Assembly: GCA_038087875.1 (NCBI GenBank)
Contig: CM076002.1
Coordinates: 434,001 to 498,000, forward strand
DNA from: Malacoraja senta
Lineage: Eukaryota
Reading direction: 5' to 3'
Length of the DNA stretch: 64,000 bases
How positions within the stretch are numbered: the stretch's first letter is position 1; each line of letters starts with the position of its first letter. Position numbers and translations under genes: made by a program. The notes beneath the pieces were generated by a model. The model had not been told where the DNA came from. It worked only from the letters and a program-made list of their open reading frames with translations, and made no database searches. Positions 48,689 to 62,318 of this stretch are shown here, piece after piece.

Positions 48689-49391
48689 CAGCGGTTCTTA
48701 ACCTGGGGATCGTGACCCCCATGGGGGTCGTTTGGGGTTTTTCCGAGGGTCATGAATGAGTTATAAATAACATATCATTTGAGCACATTTTTAGGAACCC
48801 AACAAGTATTTTGTTCGCGTATGCGCGTATGTATATGCACACGAATTGTGTGTGTTGCGAACCATGTCTGCCAAGAAGCGCACGCATAGTGAAGCATTTC
48901 TCAAGTTTGGCTTCACAAGCATTGTTCAAAAATCCATGATCAAGCCACAATGTGTTATCTGTGCCAAGGTTTTGAGCCATGAGTGCATGAAGCCCAGCAA
49001 ACTGAAGTTCGATTGGAGTCTTGTCACAGCGAACTGCCGGGGAAGGGCGTGGACTATTTCAAACGAAAAGAAGCTGCACTCCCGCATCGATTTGACAGGT
49101 CACTGCGCTCGTCAAAATGAAGCAACTCTGGAGGCTTGTTTATCGGATTGCTTATCGCACTGACTAAGAAAGCTCACACCATCGGTGAAGAGCTTATCAT
49201 GCCATGCCTTCTCAAAGCAGCGAAGTTGGTGATGGGGGAACAGCAGTCAAACAAGTTCAAGCAGATTTCCCTTTCAAATGACATAGTCAAACGTCAAATT
49301 TCATATATGAGTAATGATATTCTGCTGCAAGGAGTGATCGCTGCGAAGAGCAGTCCAGTGTATTCACTGCAACTGGACGAGTCAACAGATG
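48689..49391 (+). mobile_element. hAT-Charlie/Buster DNA transposon: left end and transposase N-terminus (pseudogene)
   Basis: TIR CAGCGGTTCTTAACCT; FLKFGFT..PQCVICAKVL..MKPSKLK (BED finger), HTIGEELIMP, ISLSNDIV, YSLQLDESTDV (first catalytic D). Confidence 0.9.
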
Positions 49392-51482
49392 TATTAGAAG
49401 TAAAGTAGATGAGCTTGAGGCTCAGTTAGAGGTTGGTAGATATGACATTGTGGGGATTACTGAGATGTGGTTGCAGGAGGATCGGGCCTGGGAACTTAAT
49501 ATTCAGGGTTATACTTCCTATAGAAAGGACAGGCAGGTGGACATAGGAGGGGGGTAGCTCTGCTAGTGACGGGTGGAAATCAGTCCCTTGCGAAGGAAGA
49601 CATAGGGACTGACGAGGTCGAGTCACTGTGGATTGAGTTGAGGAATTGTAAAGGCTAGAAGACACTAATTGGTGTTATCTACAGATCCCCAAATAGCAAC
49701 CCGGAAGTTGCAGCAGGAGTTAAAACTGGCATGTAACAAAGGTAATGCCACTGTGGTAATGGGGGATTTCAATATGCAGGTAGTCTGGGAAAATCAGGTT
49801 GGTTCAGGACCCCAAGAAAGAGTGTTTGTAGAATGCCTCCGAGATGGATTCTTAGAGCAGCTTGTAATGGAGCCGACCAGAGAAAAGGCAATTCTGGATT
49901 TAGTGTTGTCTAATGAACCAGAATTGATAAGAGAACTTAAGGTAAAGGAACCGCTTGGAGGTAGTGATCATAATATGATTAGTTTTAATCAGCAATTTGA
50001 GAAGGAGAAGGTTAAATTGGAAGTGTCAGTGATGCAGTTGAACAAAGGGGACTATGAAGGTATGAGAGAGGAGCTGGTCAAGGTAGACTGGAAAGGGATC
50101 CTAGCAGGAATGATGGTGGAACAGCAATGGCATGAATGTCTGGGCATAATCCAGAAGACGCAGGATCATTTCATTCCAAAATGGAAGGAAGATTCCAAGG
50201 GGAGTAGGAGGCAACCGTGGCTGACAAGAGGTTAGAGATAGAATAAAACTAAAAGAAAAGATGTATAACACAGCAAAGAGTAGCCAGAAGCCAGAGGATT
50301 GGGAAACATTCATAGGACAACAGAAGGAAACAAAACGGGCAATACGGGCTGAAAAGATGAAGTACGAGGTAAAGCTGGCCAGGAATATAAAGAAGGATAG
50401 TAAAAGCTTCTTTAGATATGTTAAGGGGAAAAAGAGTAGCAAAGTCAAATGTGGGTCCCTTGAAGGCAGACACGGGTGAAATTATTATGGGTAACAAGGA
50501 AATGGCAGAAGAGTTGAACAGGTACTTCGGATGTCTTCACTAAGGAAGACACAAACAATCTCCCAGATGTACTGGAGGACAGAGGATCTAAGGGGGCAGA
50601 GGAACTGAAAGAAATTTTCATTAGGCGAGAAATAGTATTGGGTAGGTTAATGGGACTGAAGGATGATAAATCCCCTGGTCTGCATCCCAGGGTCCTCAGG
50701 GAGGTGGCTCTAGAAATAGTGGATGCATTGGTGATCATTTTCCAATGTTCAATAGATTCAGGGTCAGTTCCTGTTGCTTGGAGGATAGCTAATGTTATCC
50801 CACTTTTTAATAAAGGCGGGAGAGAGAAAACAGGGAAGTAAAGACCAGCTAGCCTGACATCGATAGTGGGGAAGAGGCTGGAATCAATTATAAAAGATGA
50901 AATAGCGGCACATTTGGATGGCAGTAACAGGATCGGTCCGAGTCAGCATGGATTTATGAAGGGGAAATCATGCTTGACTAATCTTCTGGAATTTTTTGAG
51001 GATGTAACTAGGAAAATGGACAAGGGAAAGCCAGTGGATGTAGTGTACCTGGACTTTCAGAAAGCATTTGATAAGGTCCCACATAGGGGATTAGTGGGCA
51101 AAATTAGGGCACGTGGTATTGGGGGTAGAGTGCTGAAATGGATAGAAAATTGGTTGGCAGACAGGAAACAAAGAGGGATTAACGGGTCCCTTTCAGAATG
51201 GCAGGGAGTGAGTAGTGGGGTACCGCAAGGCTCAGTGCTGGGACCGCTGCTATTTGCAATATACATCAATGATTTGGATGAAGGGATTCAAAGTAACATT
51301 AGCAAATTTGCAGATGACACAAAGCTGGATGGCAGTGTGAACTGTGAGGAGGATGCTATGAAATGCAGGGTTGGACAGGTTGGGGGAGTGGGCAGAGGCA
51401 TGGCACATGAAGTTTAATGTGGATAAATGTGAGGTTATCCACTTTGGTTTCAAAAACAGGAAGGCAGATTACTATCTAAATG
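49392..51482 (+). mobile_element. CR1 ORF2 (endonuclease to RT), truncated at both ends
   Basis: ORFs 49669-50235 (MGDFN, GSDH) and 50866-51417 (FADDTK). Confidence 0.93.
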
Positions 51483-51974
51483 CATGGCCGTCCGAAGTGG
51501 GGGTGCGATGGGAGTGAACGCACCCACCTTTTTTCCCCCAGAGTAAGAAAAAACCCAAGGAAAAAAAAAAATCGGTGCGCCATCAGCGTTTCCACTTTGG
51601 CGGAAATCGCCCGAAATTCTGGTTCCGACCCGCTGGATGATTTGCGAGAAGAGAAAAAAAATGCGACCATCTGCGCCTGCGCAGTTGGGAAAGCGATGCA
51701 AAATGGCGACGTCTCTCCGCGCGTGCGCAGTGGGCCTGGGCGGGATCAGACTGCCATTTGACTCCTAACATTGAGCTCGATGCCTCGCGTCTACTCCAGG
51801 TAAGTAGTGAAATATTGCATAGCAGGCGTCGGAGTCGGAGCCTCGCCAACGGCCAGCCAGCTGACCAGGAGACCATTCTCCCATCGCCGGGCGGGAGTGG
51901 CTGAATCTTAACCCAGCGGCTGTAACCCCAACACCAGACGCTGCTGCGGCGGGGTCCACTCCCCTCGCCTCCCC

Positions 51975-52315
51975 GCCGCCACCCCTGCTGACCCCCGCTG
52001 GGCCCCACGCCACCCCCGCTGGGCCCACGCCACCCCCGCTGGAGCCACGCCACCCCCGCTGGACCCACGACACCCCCGCTTGGCCCACGCCACCCCACAC
52101 TGGGCCCACGCCACCCCTGCTGGGCCCACGCCACCCCCTCTGGTCCCACGCCACCCCCGCTGGTCCACGCTGACCCCCGCTGACCCACGCCACCCCCACT
52201 GGGCCCACGCAACCCCCGCTGACCCACGCTGCCCCCACTGAGCCCACGCCACCCCCGCTGACCCCTGCTGGGCCCACGCCAACCCCGCTGACCCCCGCTG
52301 GGCATACGCCACCTT
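51975..52315. repeat. GC-rich minisatellite with a unit of about 19-20 bp
   Basis: Unit gggcccacgccacccccgct and variants. Confidence 0.92.
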
Positions 52316-52607
52316 CATCTTTGCCCCCCCGCCAGAAAGAGGAGGGGATGTGAGAGGGGGGAGAGAGAGAGGGGAGAGGGAGATGGGGGAGGGGAGAAGG
52401 AAAGGGGGATTATCTTTAGTGAGATTGCAAAATTAAGGTAGGTTTTAGAGCTATTATATTTTCTCTTTCATATGAATAAACAATACATTTAAACAATACA
52501 TTTCTTATGTTCCTTTCCACCCATAAACCTTTCTCTGCCTTTACATTTCACTCTTCTTTCAAATCTGCTCTACTTATCTACATGCATTTTTCTTCTTAAC
52601 TTTTTAA

Positions 52608-52848
52608 TCATAGAATGATGCAGTGTGGAAACAGGCCTTTCAGCCCAACTTGCCCACACCGACCAACATGTCCCATCTATACTAGTTCACACGCGTTTGG
52701 CCCATATCCATCTAAATCTGTCCTTCCCATGTACATGTCCAAATGTCTCTTAAACAGTAGGATAGTCCCAGCCTTAACTACCTCCTCTGGCAGCTTGTTC
52801 CATACACCCACCACCCTTTGTGTGAAAAAGCTACCTCTCAGATTCCTG
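52608..52848 (-). mobile_element. CR1 3'-end fragment
   Basis: ORF 52677-52895: NLRGSFFTQRVVGVWNKLP. Confidence 0.85.
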
Positions 52849-53054
52849 TTAATTTCTGAAACATTGGTCATAAATTTGATGCAAAAATGCTCCAAAATAA
52901 GGCTCAGAATGCATCAGAGAGCATCTAAAACCCCTGAGCTTGGAGTTCACGGTTAGCGCTTGTGATGTGCGCAGCGCGCACATTATTTCACATTAAATTT
53001 TTTGTAATCCTGTCATTGCCACCCCCCATTTTAGAAAAGCTTCATACGGGCCTA

Positions 53055-53920
53055 TTGAGGTTAGCTTTGTTAAAGTCCACCAAAACAATGACCATGGAAG
53101 TCACTCTCTACCCTGGTCAGCGAGTTGCGCTTGTGCTTCACGTACGCAGGCATGGGGGGGGGGGGGGGGAGTGTAAACTCCAGCGAGAATAAAGGAGTTA
53201 AATTCCCTCAGAGAGTAGAAGGGTTTGTAGTTTATAAAGATGGATTCTAGGTTGGGAGAGCAGAAGTTTAACATTACCGTGATGTCGCTGCACCAATCCT
53301 GGTTGGTATAGGAGCATATTCCACCACCTCTTGATTTCCCCCGCTGCCTCAACTTCGCGGTCCACTCTGAGAAGTTGGAAGCCAGCCAGTTGCAGCGCGC
53401 TGTCCGGGGTCGACTCACAGAGCCTGGTCTTGCTGAAGCACAGGGCAGCAGCTCAAGAGAAGTCCTTGTTTGTCTGGCGCAGGAGTTTCAGTTCATCCAC
53501 TATATTATTGAGAGAACATACATTTGTCAGGAATATGCTCGAGAGTGGTAAAAACATAGAAACAAAGAAAATAGGTGCAGGAGGAGGGCATTCGGCCCTC
53601 CGAGCCAGCACCACCATTCATTGTGATCATGGCACCCCAAATCAATAACCCTTGCCCGCCTTCTCCCCATATTCCACTAGCCCCTAGAGCTCTATCTAAC
53701 TCTCTCTTAAATCCATCCAGTGATTTGGATTCAACTGCCCTCTGTGGCAGTGGTGATCCTTGTCGCTGGAGTTGGGTGAGTGCTCCAGAGCACTTCCCAC
53801 AGGTCCTTCTCCATCTCAATACCTTGAACGCAGCCACTACCCCGCCGACGAGTATGACCAAATAATCCAGCGAGTGAGAGAAATCCGGAACAATGTTTGG
53901 AGGTACTGTATGTCCAATGT
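53055..53920 (-). mobile_element. Rex1/Babar LINE 5' and endonuclease region, split by a CR1 tail insertion (53553-53751)
   Basis: DSALQLAGFQLLRVDR..GKSRGGGICSY.NQDWC.D..CSPNLE..PFYSLREF..GVY.PP. Confidence 0.75.
53553..53751 (-). mobile_element. CR1 3'-end insertion
   Basis: aacatagaaacaaagaaaataggtgcagg..gccctctgtggcag. Confidence 0.88.
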
Positions 53921-54120
53921 NNNNNNNNNNNNNNNNNNNNNNNNNNNNNNNNNNNNNNNNNNNNNNNNNNNNNNNNNNNNNNNNNNNNNNNNNNNNNNNN
54001 NNNNNNNNNNNNNNNNNNNNNNNNNNNNNNNNNNNNNNNNNNNNNNNNNNNNNNNNNNNNNNNNNNNNNNNNNNNNNNNNNNNNNNNNNNNNNNNNNNNN
54101 NNNNNNNNNNNNNNNNNNNN
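53921..54120. other. Assembly gap (200 N)
   Basis: Run of N. Confidence 1.
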
Positions 54121-54690
54121 CTTCCCTTCCCCCTCTCAGCCCCTTCTCTCTCCTCCCATCTCTCTCACCCCACCCTCACCCACTCTCCCTCACCCTCCCT
54201 CCCTCTCCTCCCCTCCACCCCCTCTCCCTCTGTCTCTGCCCCTTTCTCTTTGTCTCTCCCCATTCTCTCTCTGCTCTCACTCTCTACTCTCTCTCTCTCT
54301 CTCCCCCTCTCTCTCTCACCCTCTCTCTCTCCCCCCTCTCCCCCCTCTCTCTCCCCCCTCTCTCCTCTCCCCCCTCTCTCTCTCTCCCCCCATCTCTCCC
54401 TCCCTCTCTCTCTCCCCCCCCTCTCTCTCTCTCTCCCCTCTCTCTCTCCCCCTCTCTCTCCCCCCTCTCCCTCTCCCCCTCTCTCTCTCTTTCCTTCCCC
54501 CCTCTCTCTCCCACACCCCCTCTCTCTCTCTCTCCCCCCCGCTCTCACTCCCCCCTCTCTCTTTCTCCCCCTCCCCCTACCCCCTCTCTCTCTCTCCCCT
54601 TCTTCTCCCCTAAACACCCTTCCCCCTCCCCTCCACCCGTCCCCTACCCCCTTCCCTCCACCCCTTCCCCCCACCTCTCCCCCTCCCTTG
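54121..54690. repeat. Polypyrimidine (CT/CCT) low-complexity tract
   Basis: Almost pure C/T over about 570 bp next to the gap. Confidence 0.95.
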
Positions 54691-57600
54691 CTAATGTTGC
54701 CTAAAGACATTAACAAAAGATTTGCTCAATTTTATCAACATTTATATACATCCAAAACATCAACAAACAGCAATAAAATTACAAACTTTCTGGATAACTG
54801 TAATCTCCCAACACTTAACCCGTTGGAACAAATGGAATTAGGAGCACAGGTTCCAACCAAAGAAATAGAAGAGACAATAAACTCACTGAAGAATGGTAAA
54901 ACACCGGGACCAGACGGGTTCAGTAACGAATTTTATAAAAGATTTCACGAGGTAATTTCATCACGTTTACATAAGCTTTATACATATGCATTTAAAGAAC
55001 AGACACTACCAGAAACATTAGCTGAATCAACTATCACACTTATACCCCAAAAAGATAAAGATCTAGAAGACCCCGGTTCATATAGAGCAATTGCACTACT
55101 AAATACAGATCAGAAAATATTAGCGAAAACTTTGGCAAGAAGATTAAGCAAATACGTTAGTAAATTAATGCATTCGGATCAAACAGAGTTCATACCCAAG
55201 AGACATTCATTTAATAATTTGAGACATCTTTTTAATATAATGTATTCACACAAAAGTGAAGAACTTATCAATTATTTCATTAGATGCAGAAAAAGCATTT
55301 GACCAAGTAGCGTGGGAATACTTCTTCATACTGCAAAAATTTCAGATGGGAAATAATTTTATTTCATGGATAAAATTACTATATGACAGGTCGACTGTCA
55401 TATAGTAATCATTTGTTAAGCCTGAAGACGCGTTTAAATATGCCCAAACTATCGTTGAAAAATAGAAATCAAAGGGGGGTTTGGCAGATCTGAACCATTC
55501 TAAGCAATGCTTTGTCTGGGGATAGCTAGACTGTTATCTTTGGAATGTTGAATCAAGGACACTTTCTGTTCAAAACGAGTAAACAGCTGAACAGACGGGA
55601 ATGGTATATACCAGAAGCATTTACTTGTTTATTAGATTATAATATTAAAACCAATTGTAAGAACTTATCCTATTAACAACTTAATAAGTTATGCATGTTA
55701 GATTAGAATAATAACAAAATCAAAAATAAAAAATAACGAACGAACATACTAATATGAATTTTTAATAAATTGAAACCTTATCTATAAGTGGGAGGAGGGG
55801 ATGAGAAACGAGCACCTGGCTTAGGCCATGGGGCACGTCTCGTTAACCCCTTCAACCAACAGTTGATTCTTATTGAAGTCAAAAGTATCGGCTTAATAAT
55901 TAGTAGTTAAAATTCCGATATATATATATGTTATAATGAGATATATAGGGTAAAATTGTATTATATATCTGAATGTGAGGCCCCGTTTTAATATTTTAAT
56001 ATGTTATGATTAACCAAGAGAGCGGAGCTATTTGTTTAACAACACAATGGAAGTCAAAACAAGGTTTTTTCCCACCTACAGGTGGGACACTCGCTACAGT
56101 GCCAACTATATCAGACACTGTATTTTCACTTTTTTAGTTTTTTTTAAATTATCACATAAAATCACATGTTTGTGTTTTGTGTTTAGTGATAAGCGTAAAA
56201 TGGATATACCAACAAAACTTAAAAACTCAAAAGTTCCCCCAATACCCAAAGACCTGGGATATGGATACACCACAAGATTTAAAGGTACTATAATTATTCA
56301 AAATGCATGACACCAAACAAAAGAACCTAGGAGGAATCTCATTTTGTAGTTGGAATATAAGAGGTATTAACGAACCTATTAAAAGGGGTAAGATACTAGC
56401 TCAGCTGAAACTGTACAACTCCGACATTACCTTCTTACAAGAAACACACTTAAAATCTCAGGATCAAGTTAGGTTGAGAGCGAAATGGATAGGTCAAACA
56501 TACCATTCTTCATTCACTTCGAAATCTAGAGGCACGTCAATCATTATAAGAAAAGGTATACCATTTAAAGCAAAGAATATCATAACAGATATAGAAGGGA
56601 GATACTTAATAGTTAATGGAGAAATCCATGATACTCCACTTACCTTGGTAAATATATATGCCCCTAACTTTGACAACCCCCACTTTTTCAATAACATTTT
56701 CAACATAATTGCAGAGTTTAACTATCAAAATGTTATAATAGGAGGAGACTTTAACTGTGTTTTAGATCCGTACTTAGATAAATCAAGCCAAAAACAGAGA
56801 GGGAATATGAAATCGAAAACCGGGGAACTTCTCAATACTTATATAAACAATACTAATATAGCAGATGTTTGAAGAATTGTTAATCCAACTGGCAGGGAAT
56901 ACTCGTTTTATTCAATGGTACATAAGACATACTCACGTATAGACTACTTCCTGCTGGATACAAAATTAATCCCCCAAACATCTAACCCAATATACCACAC
57001 AAATTCGATTTCAGACCATTCTCCACTAACTTTCTTTTTAAAACTGGAAGGAATGTTTAAGAATAAATCGTTTTGGAGATTTAATTCTCAAATTCTAAAA
57101 GATCCACAAGCGAGTATATATTTAAAAGAACAAATGGAGGTCTTTTTTCAAACAAATGATACTCCAGATATATCGCCTACTGTGTTATGGGAATCTTTTA
57201 AAGCATACATTAGGGGTATTATAATTTCATATCAAGCTTTTCAAAATAAAAAGAATAAGAATGAACAAAGACAGTTAGAAGAACTTATTAGACAAATGGA
57301 TATAATGCTAAAGATCCATCAATAGATAAACATAATAAAATAATAATTTTGAAATTTAAATTAAATAAATTATTATCTGCCAAACATAAGACTTTTTCAA
57401 ATTACAAAACAAGAGCACTTTGAATTTGGGGATAAACCACATAAACTTTTGGCTCGCCAGCTAAAAAAACGAGAAAAGGAACATACTATACCAAAGATTA
57501 AATCAGATAAAGGGGAATTATTAACAACACCGAAGGATATTAATAAAGGATTTGCGCAATTTTATGAGAATTTGTATACATCTAAAACGACAATTGATTC

Positions 57601-60600
57601 CAATAATATCACAAAGTTTTTGGATAATTGTAATCTTCCAAAGTTAGAGCTGAAGGAACAAGAGGAATTGGGTGCACAAATCTCAATTAAGGAATTAGAA
57701 GATACAATAAACTCACTAAAGAATGGAAAAACACCAGGCCCTGATGGATTTACTAATGAATTTTATAACAGCTTTTATGATAAAATAATACCAAGATTAC
57801 AAAAAATGTACCAATATGCTTTTAAAAAACGAATACTACCTGATACATTAGCGGAATCAACGATTACACTAATACCTAAGAAAAACAAAGATTTAGAAGA
57901 ACTGGGTTCATATAGAGCTATAGCATTGTTAAACACAGATCAAAAAATATTAGCGAAAACATTAGCTAGAAGATTAAGTAAATACATTAGTAAATTAATA
58001 AACCCAGATCAGACGGGGTTTATCCCTAAGAGATACTCATCTAACAATATGAGACGTCTACTCAACATAATGCACTCACACAAATCTGAAGATCAAGAAT
58101 TATCAATTATTTCGCTGGATGCTGAAAAAGCATTTGATCAAGTAGAATGGAATTATATGGATAAAGTATTACAAAAATTCCAACTGGGAGAGAATTTTAT
58201 TCAATGGGTCAAGTTACTATATAATAAACCTACAGCTAGAATACTAACTAATAACATATTATCCTCGAAATTCCAACTATCAAGGGGAAATAGACAAGGA
58301 TGCTCATTATCACCACAGCTGTTTGCTCTCATTATTGAACCGCTAGCAGAAAAATTTAGAATACACCCTGATATCCATGGATATAATACTAAAGATTCAT
58401 ATAATAAAATATCTTTATACGCGGATGATATATTACTGTACATTACAAAACCTCAAATCACTATACCAAATATATTAAATTTAATTGAAGACTTTGGATC
58501 TTTTTCTGGATATAGAATAAATTGGAATAAAAGTGAAATTATGTCAATAAAACCGAAAGGTTCAACACATCTTTTAAAATTCCCTTTTAAAATAGCTACA
58601 GAAAAATTTAAATACTTGGGAATCGAAATTACCAGAACATATCAAGGTATGTTTAAGGCAAATTTTGATCCCCATACTTAATGAATTAAACACACTAATT
58701 AAATTCTGGAAAATGCTCCCGATGTCTTTAATAGGCCGAATAAATGCAATAAAAATGATCTTTCTACCACAAATTTTATACCTATTTCAATCGATTCCTA
58801 TATACTTACCAAAGACGTTTAAAAAAAAACTCGACTCAGATATCACTAATTTTATATGGGACTATAAATCACATAGAATACAAAAAACTCATCTGAATAA
58901 ACCTAAAGTATTAGGGGGTTTAACACTACCTAATTTTATGTATTATTATTGGTCAGTAAATATTAAAAATATGATTCAACTGATGGATAACTCCGCCCAG
59001 CAAGTGGACTGGATTGTAATGGAGAAAGAGGATTGCTCCTCTGGAAACATTGGAGCGATCCTCCTCTCTCCAATGAAATTGAATAATATAAATTATAATA
59101 AGAACCCAATTATTCATAGTACAATCCGAATTTGGAAACAAATAAAACAAAATTTAAAATTAAGAAATTTATCAATTTTATTACCTATAGTTAATAACCC
59201 TTCGTTTAATCCCTCTATTATAGATAAAGCTTTTACACATTGGGATAGACTAGGAATTAAAAACGCTCGGTGACTTGTATGAAACTGGAAAATTACTTTC
59301 ATTTCAACAATTACAAATAAAATATAAACTCGGAAATAATCAATATTTTAAATATTTTCAAATATGCGACTATTTGAAAAAATATACAAAAGATCATTAT
59401 AATAACCCAGTAGATGTATTGGATGAGGCAATGCAGATAAAAGCTGAATCAGCAAACTTAATATCATATTTCTATAATATTATCTTAAATGTACAAATAC
59501 CATCTACGGAGGGTATCAGAAGAGACTGGGAACAAGAGTTAGTTATTAAAATTTCAAAGGAAAGTTGGAATGAACACTTATTAAACGTGCATAAATGTTC
59601 GATTAATGTAAGACACACTTTAATACAATTTAAAATTTTACATAGATTATATTATTCGAAAACTAAAATTCATAAAATTTTCCCAAATGTATCATCTATT
59701 TGTGATAAATGTCAATCCCAAGAAGCTACTATAGCGCACTCATTCGTTTTCTGTACAAAAATTCAAAAATTTTGGAATGAAATTTTTGAAATCTTTACAA
59801 AGTTATTTAAATTAAGACTGATACCCAAAGCAGAATGGATTATCTTCGGAATAACGGAAGATGGTCCAGAACTAAATGTGTTTCAAAAGAAACTAATAGA
59901 CTATGGGTTAATAACTGGAAAAAAGCTAATTCTAAAATTTTGGAAGAAGGCTCCAATACCAACTATAAACATGTGGATTTCAAATATGTTCGAAACATTA
60001 CACCTAGAAGAGATAAGACTCCTCCTAGCAGGTAAACCAGATCACTTCCACCTGACGTGGTCTGCATTTATAGAATTATTACAAATATAGGGTGCAAAGG
60101 TACCTTTAAAAAAAAAATTGAGGTCAGGTAAGGGGGGATGATAGTTGAAGAGTTGGTATGTCCCATTTGCGTAATGCTCATAAAAATATTTGTTTCTCTC
60201 TTTTTCCTCTTTCTCTTTCTCTTTCTTTTCTAGGGTCTATTTCTTAACTCTTTTTCTTTTGTTTTTAATTTTGCTCTTATAGGGTCTTCGTACTTTTTTG
60301 TTGTCACATTTTCTACACTCACTTTTTCCTTCACTTTCTTCTTTCTTTCAATCTTTTCCTTTTCTAGTGTAAAAAATAAATGGAGTACATTAATTGTAAG
60401 AAGACATAAGTGACGAGTACTAATGTATGTGGTTGTAATGTAATGTACTTCTAATAAATAAATTAAAAAAAATTAAAAAAATTTTAAAAAGAATATTGAC
60501 CGACCACATACTTTCTCCGAAATTTCAACTATCCAGGGGCAATAGACAGGGTTGCACATTATCACCCCTGCTATTTGCCCGTGCGATCGAACCCTTAGCG

Positions 60601-61588
60601 GAAAGTATAAGAATACATCCGAACATTCACGGTTATAATACTAAACAATCCAATAATAAAATATCATTATATGCAGATGATGTATTATTATACATCACCA
60701 ACTCTCAAGTTAGTATTCCAAATATATTAAATCTTATAGAGGAATTCGGTTCCTTCTCAGGATATAGAATAAACTGGAATGAAAGTGAAATCATGGTATT
60801 AAAACCCCAAGAGTCGACACACCTTTTAAAATTCCCTTTTAGAACTGCTACAGAAAAATTTAAATACCTGGGTATTCAAGTAACCAGAAAATATAATTCT
60901 TTATTCAATGCAAGCTTCCTGCCTTTAGTTACTAAATTAAACACTCTTATTCAATTCTGGAAAACACTTCCGATGTCTCTAATTAGCAGAATAAATGCCA
61001 TGAAAAAGATTTTCCTCCCTCAAATTCTCTATTTATTTCAATCAATACCGATATATCTACCTAAAAAATTTTTTTGGGAAACTTGATTCCCGGATGTCAA
61101 ATTTTATTTGGGATTATAAAACACATAGAATTCATAAACGACATCTATGTAAACCTAAAGAAAGTGGTGGATTGGCACTCCCCAATTTCATATACTATTA
61201 TCGGGCAGCGAATATTAAAAATGTAATTTACTGGCTGGATAATGCATGTCAACAAGTAGATTGGTTAGTAATGGAGAGAGAGGATTGTTCGCCTTTTAAT
61301 ATAGGCGCGATCCTTCTCTCCCCAATAAAGTTGAAGAACACAATATACGAGAAAAACCCGATTATTCATAGTACTTTACAAATTTGGAGACAAGTAAAAC
61401 TTACTCTTAAATAAAGAAATCTATCTCTTCTTTCTCCAATAGCTAATAACCCGTTGTTCAAACCATCTATTTTAGATAAAACGTTTATTTATTGGGAAAG
61501 ACTAGATATTAAAAAGGTTGGAGATTTGTACGAAATGGGAAACCTGCTATCATTCCAGAAATTACAGTCGAAATACAGTCTGAAAGGT
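54691..61588 (+). mobile_element. L1-clade host (pieces 54691-55397 and 60492-61588) split by a nested L1 and ended by a DIRS
   Basis: KTPGPDGF, YRAIALLN, SLDAEKAFD, KLLYDR|..|ILTDHILS..RQGCTLSP, YADD; reading is continuous across the nested insert. Confidence 0.9.
55410..60490 (+). mobile_element. Nested L1-clade LINE: possible ORF1 end, spacer, near-complete ORF2 (56303-60090), 3' UTR, poly-A
   Basis: SWNIRG, LQETH, GGDFN, SRIDY, SDHSP, LDAEKAFD, YADD, CDKC..HSFVFC; few stops or frameshifts; aataaa plus A tail at about 60453-60490. Confidence 0.95.
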
Positions 61589-62318
61589 AATAGTAAGATT
61601 AAATGAGAACTTACCAGTTTGAAGTTTGATCTTGATTTTATGAGGAGTTACGACGAGCGATTACGTGAAGAAGGGACATCAGTCCGCATGCGCGTCAATC
61701 TTCAAAGCAGTGGTGTGAAATCACAGAAAAGAGAAATAACCTGAGGATAGTAAGATTGAGAACTAGAAACTACCAGATTACCTTGATAATATGAGGGAGG
61801 GAGCGGTGGGCACGTAATCGCTCATCGTAACTCCTCATAAAATCAAAATCAAACTTCAAACTGGTAAGTTCTCATTTAATCTTACTATTTTACTTTGGAG
61901 TCACGTGAGTGACTACATGAAGATTTTAAAGCTCTGTGACTTCACGCCGGATACGAGTCCAGGCGTCACACACTGAATGGATTGACCATGGATGAGTGAA
62001 AAGGTAAAGCATTCAGGCATAACTTTAGTTAGGTAATAAAACTGATGCTTTAATATGAAAAAGAAAAAATAATAATAGTAGCCCCTCCCATCCTGGGGGG
62101 AAACTACAAAACAGAATTTAAAATGGTACGTGCAAACACCCCTGGTCTGGCAATAGGCTTGTGTAAAACCGGTGGAACATTCGTTCATTGGCCCATCCTG
62201 CAGCCGCTAGGATGGTTTCGAGGGGTACGTCCATTGCTCTTGCTGCCGACATAGATGCATCCCTGGTGGAGTGAGATTTAAAAGTGTCAATCTTCACTCC
62301 TGCACTCGCCAGTACCTC
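61589..62318 (-). mobile_element. Second DIRS element, 3' part (YR C-terminus, ICR, right terminus); different subfamily
   Basis: Reverse complement EVLASAGVKIDTFKSHSTRDAS..ILAAAGWANERMFHRFY; ICR 61811-61923 pairs with terminus 61590-61667. Confidence 0.92.

Larger units (their letters stand above)
51483..53054. mobile_element. Putative non-autonomous DNA transposon (hAT-like), GC-rich
   Basis: Imperfect terminal inverted sequences CATGGCCGTCCGAAG and CTTCATACGGGCCTA; no TSD found, and the CR1 host does not resume. Confidence 0.45.

Noticed and set aside
48846..49408. Domesticated ZBED/SCAND3-like host gene
   Set aside because: Frameshifted, truncated by a CR1 and still attached to a Charlie TIR
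51583..52318. Gly-rich ORFs on the minus strand
   Set aside because: Translations of a GC-rich minisatellite that is open in all frames
53760..55302. Long ORFs of 238-469 aa
   Set aside because: Artefacts of the N gap and the CT tract; only the 3' part is L1 ORF2
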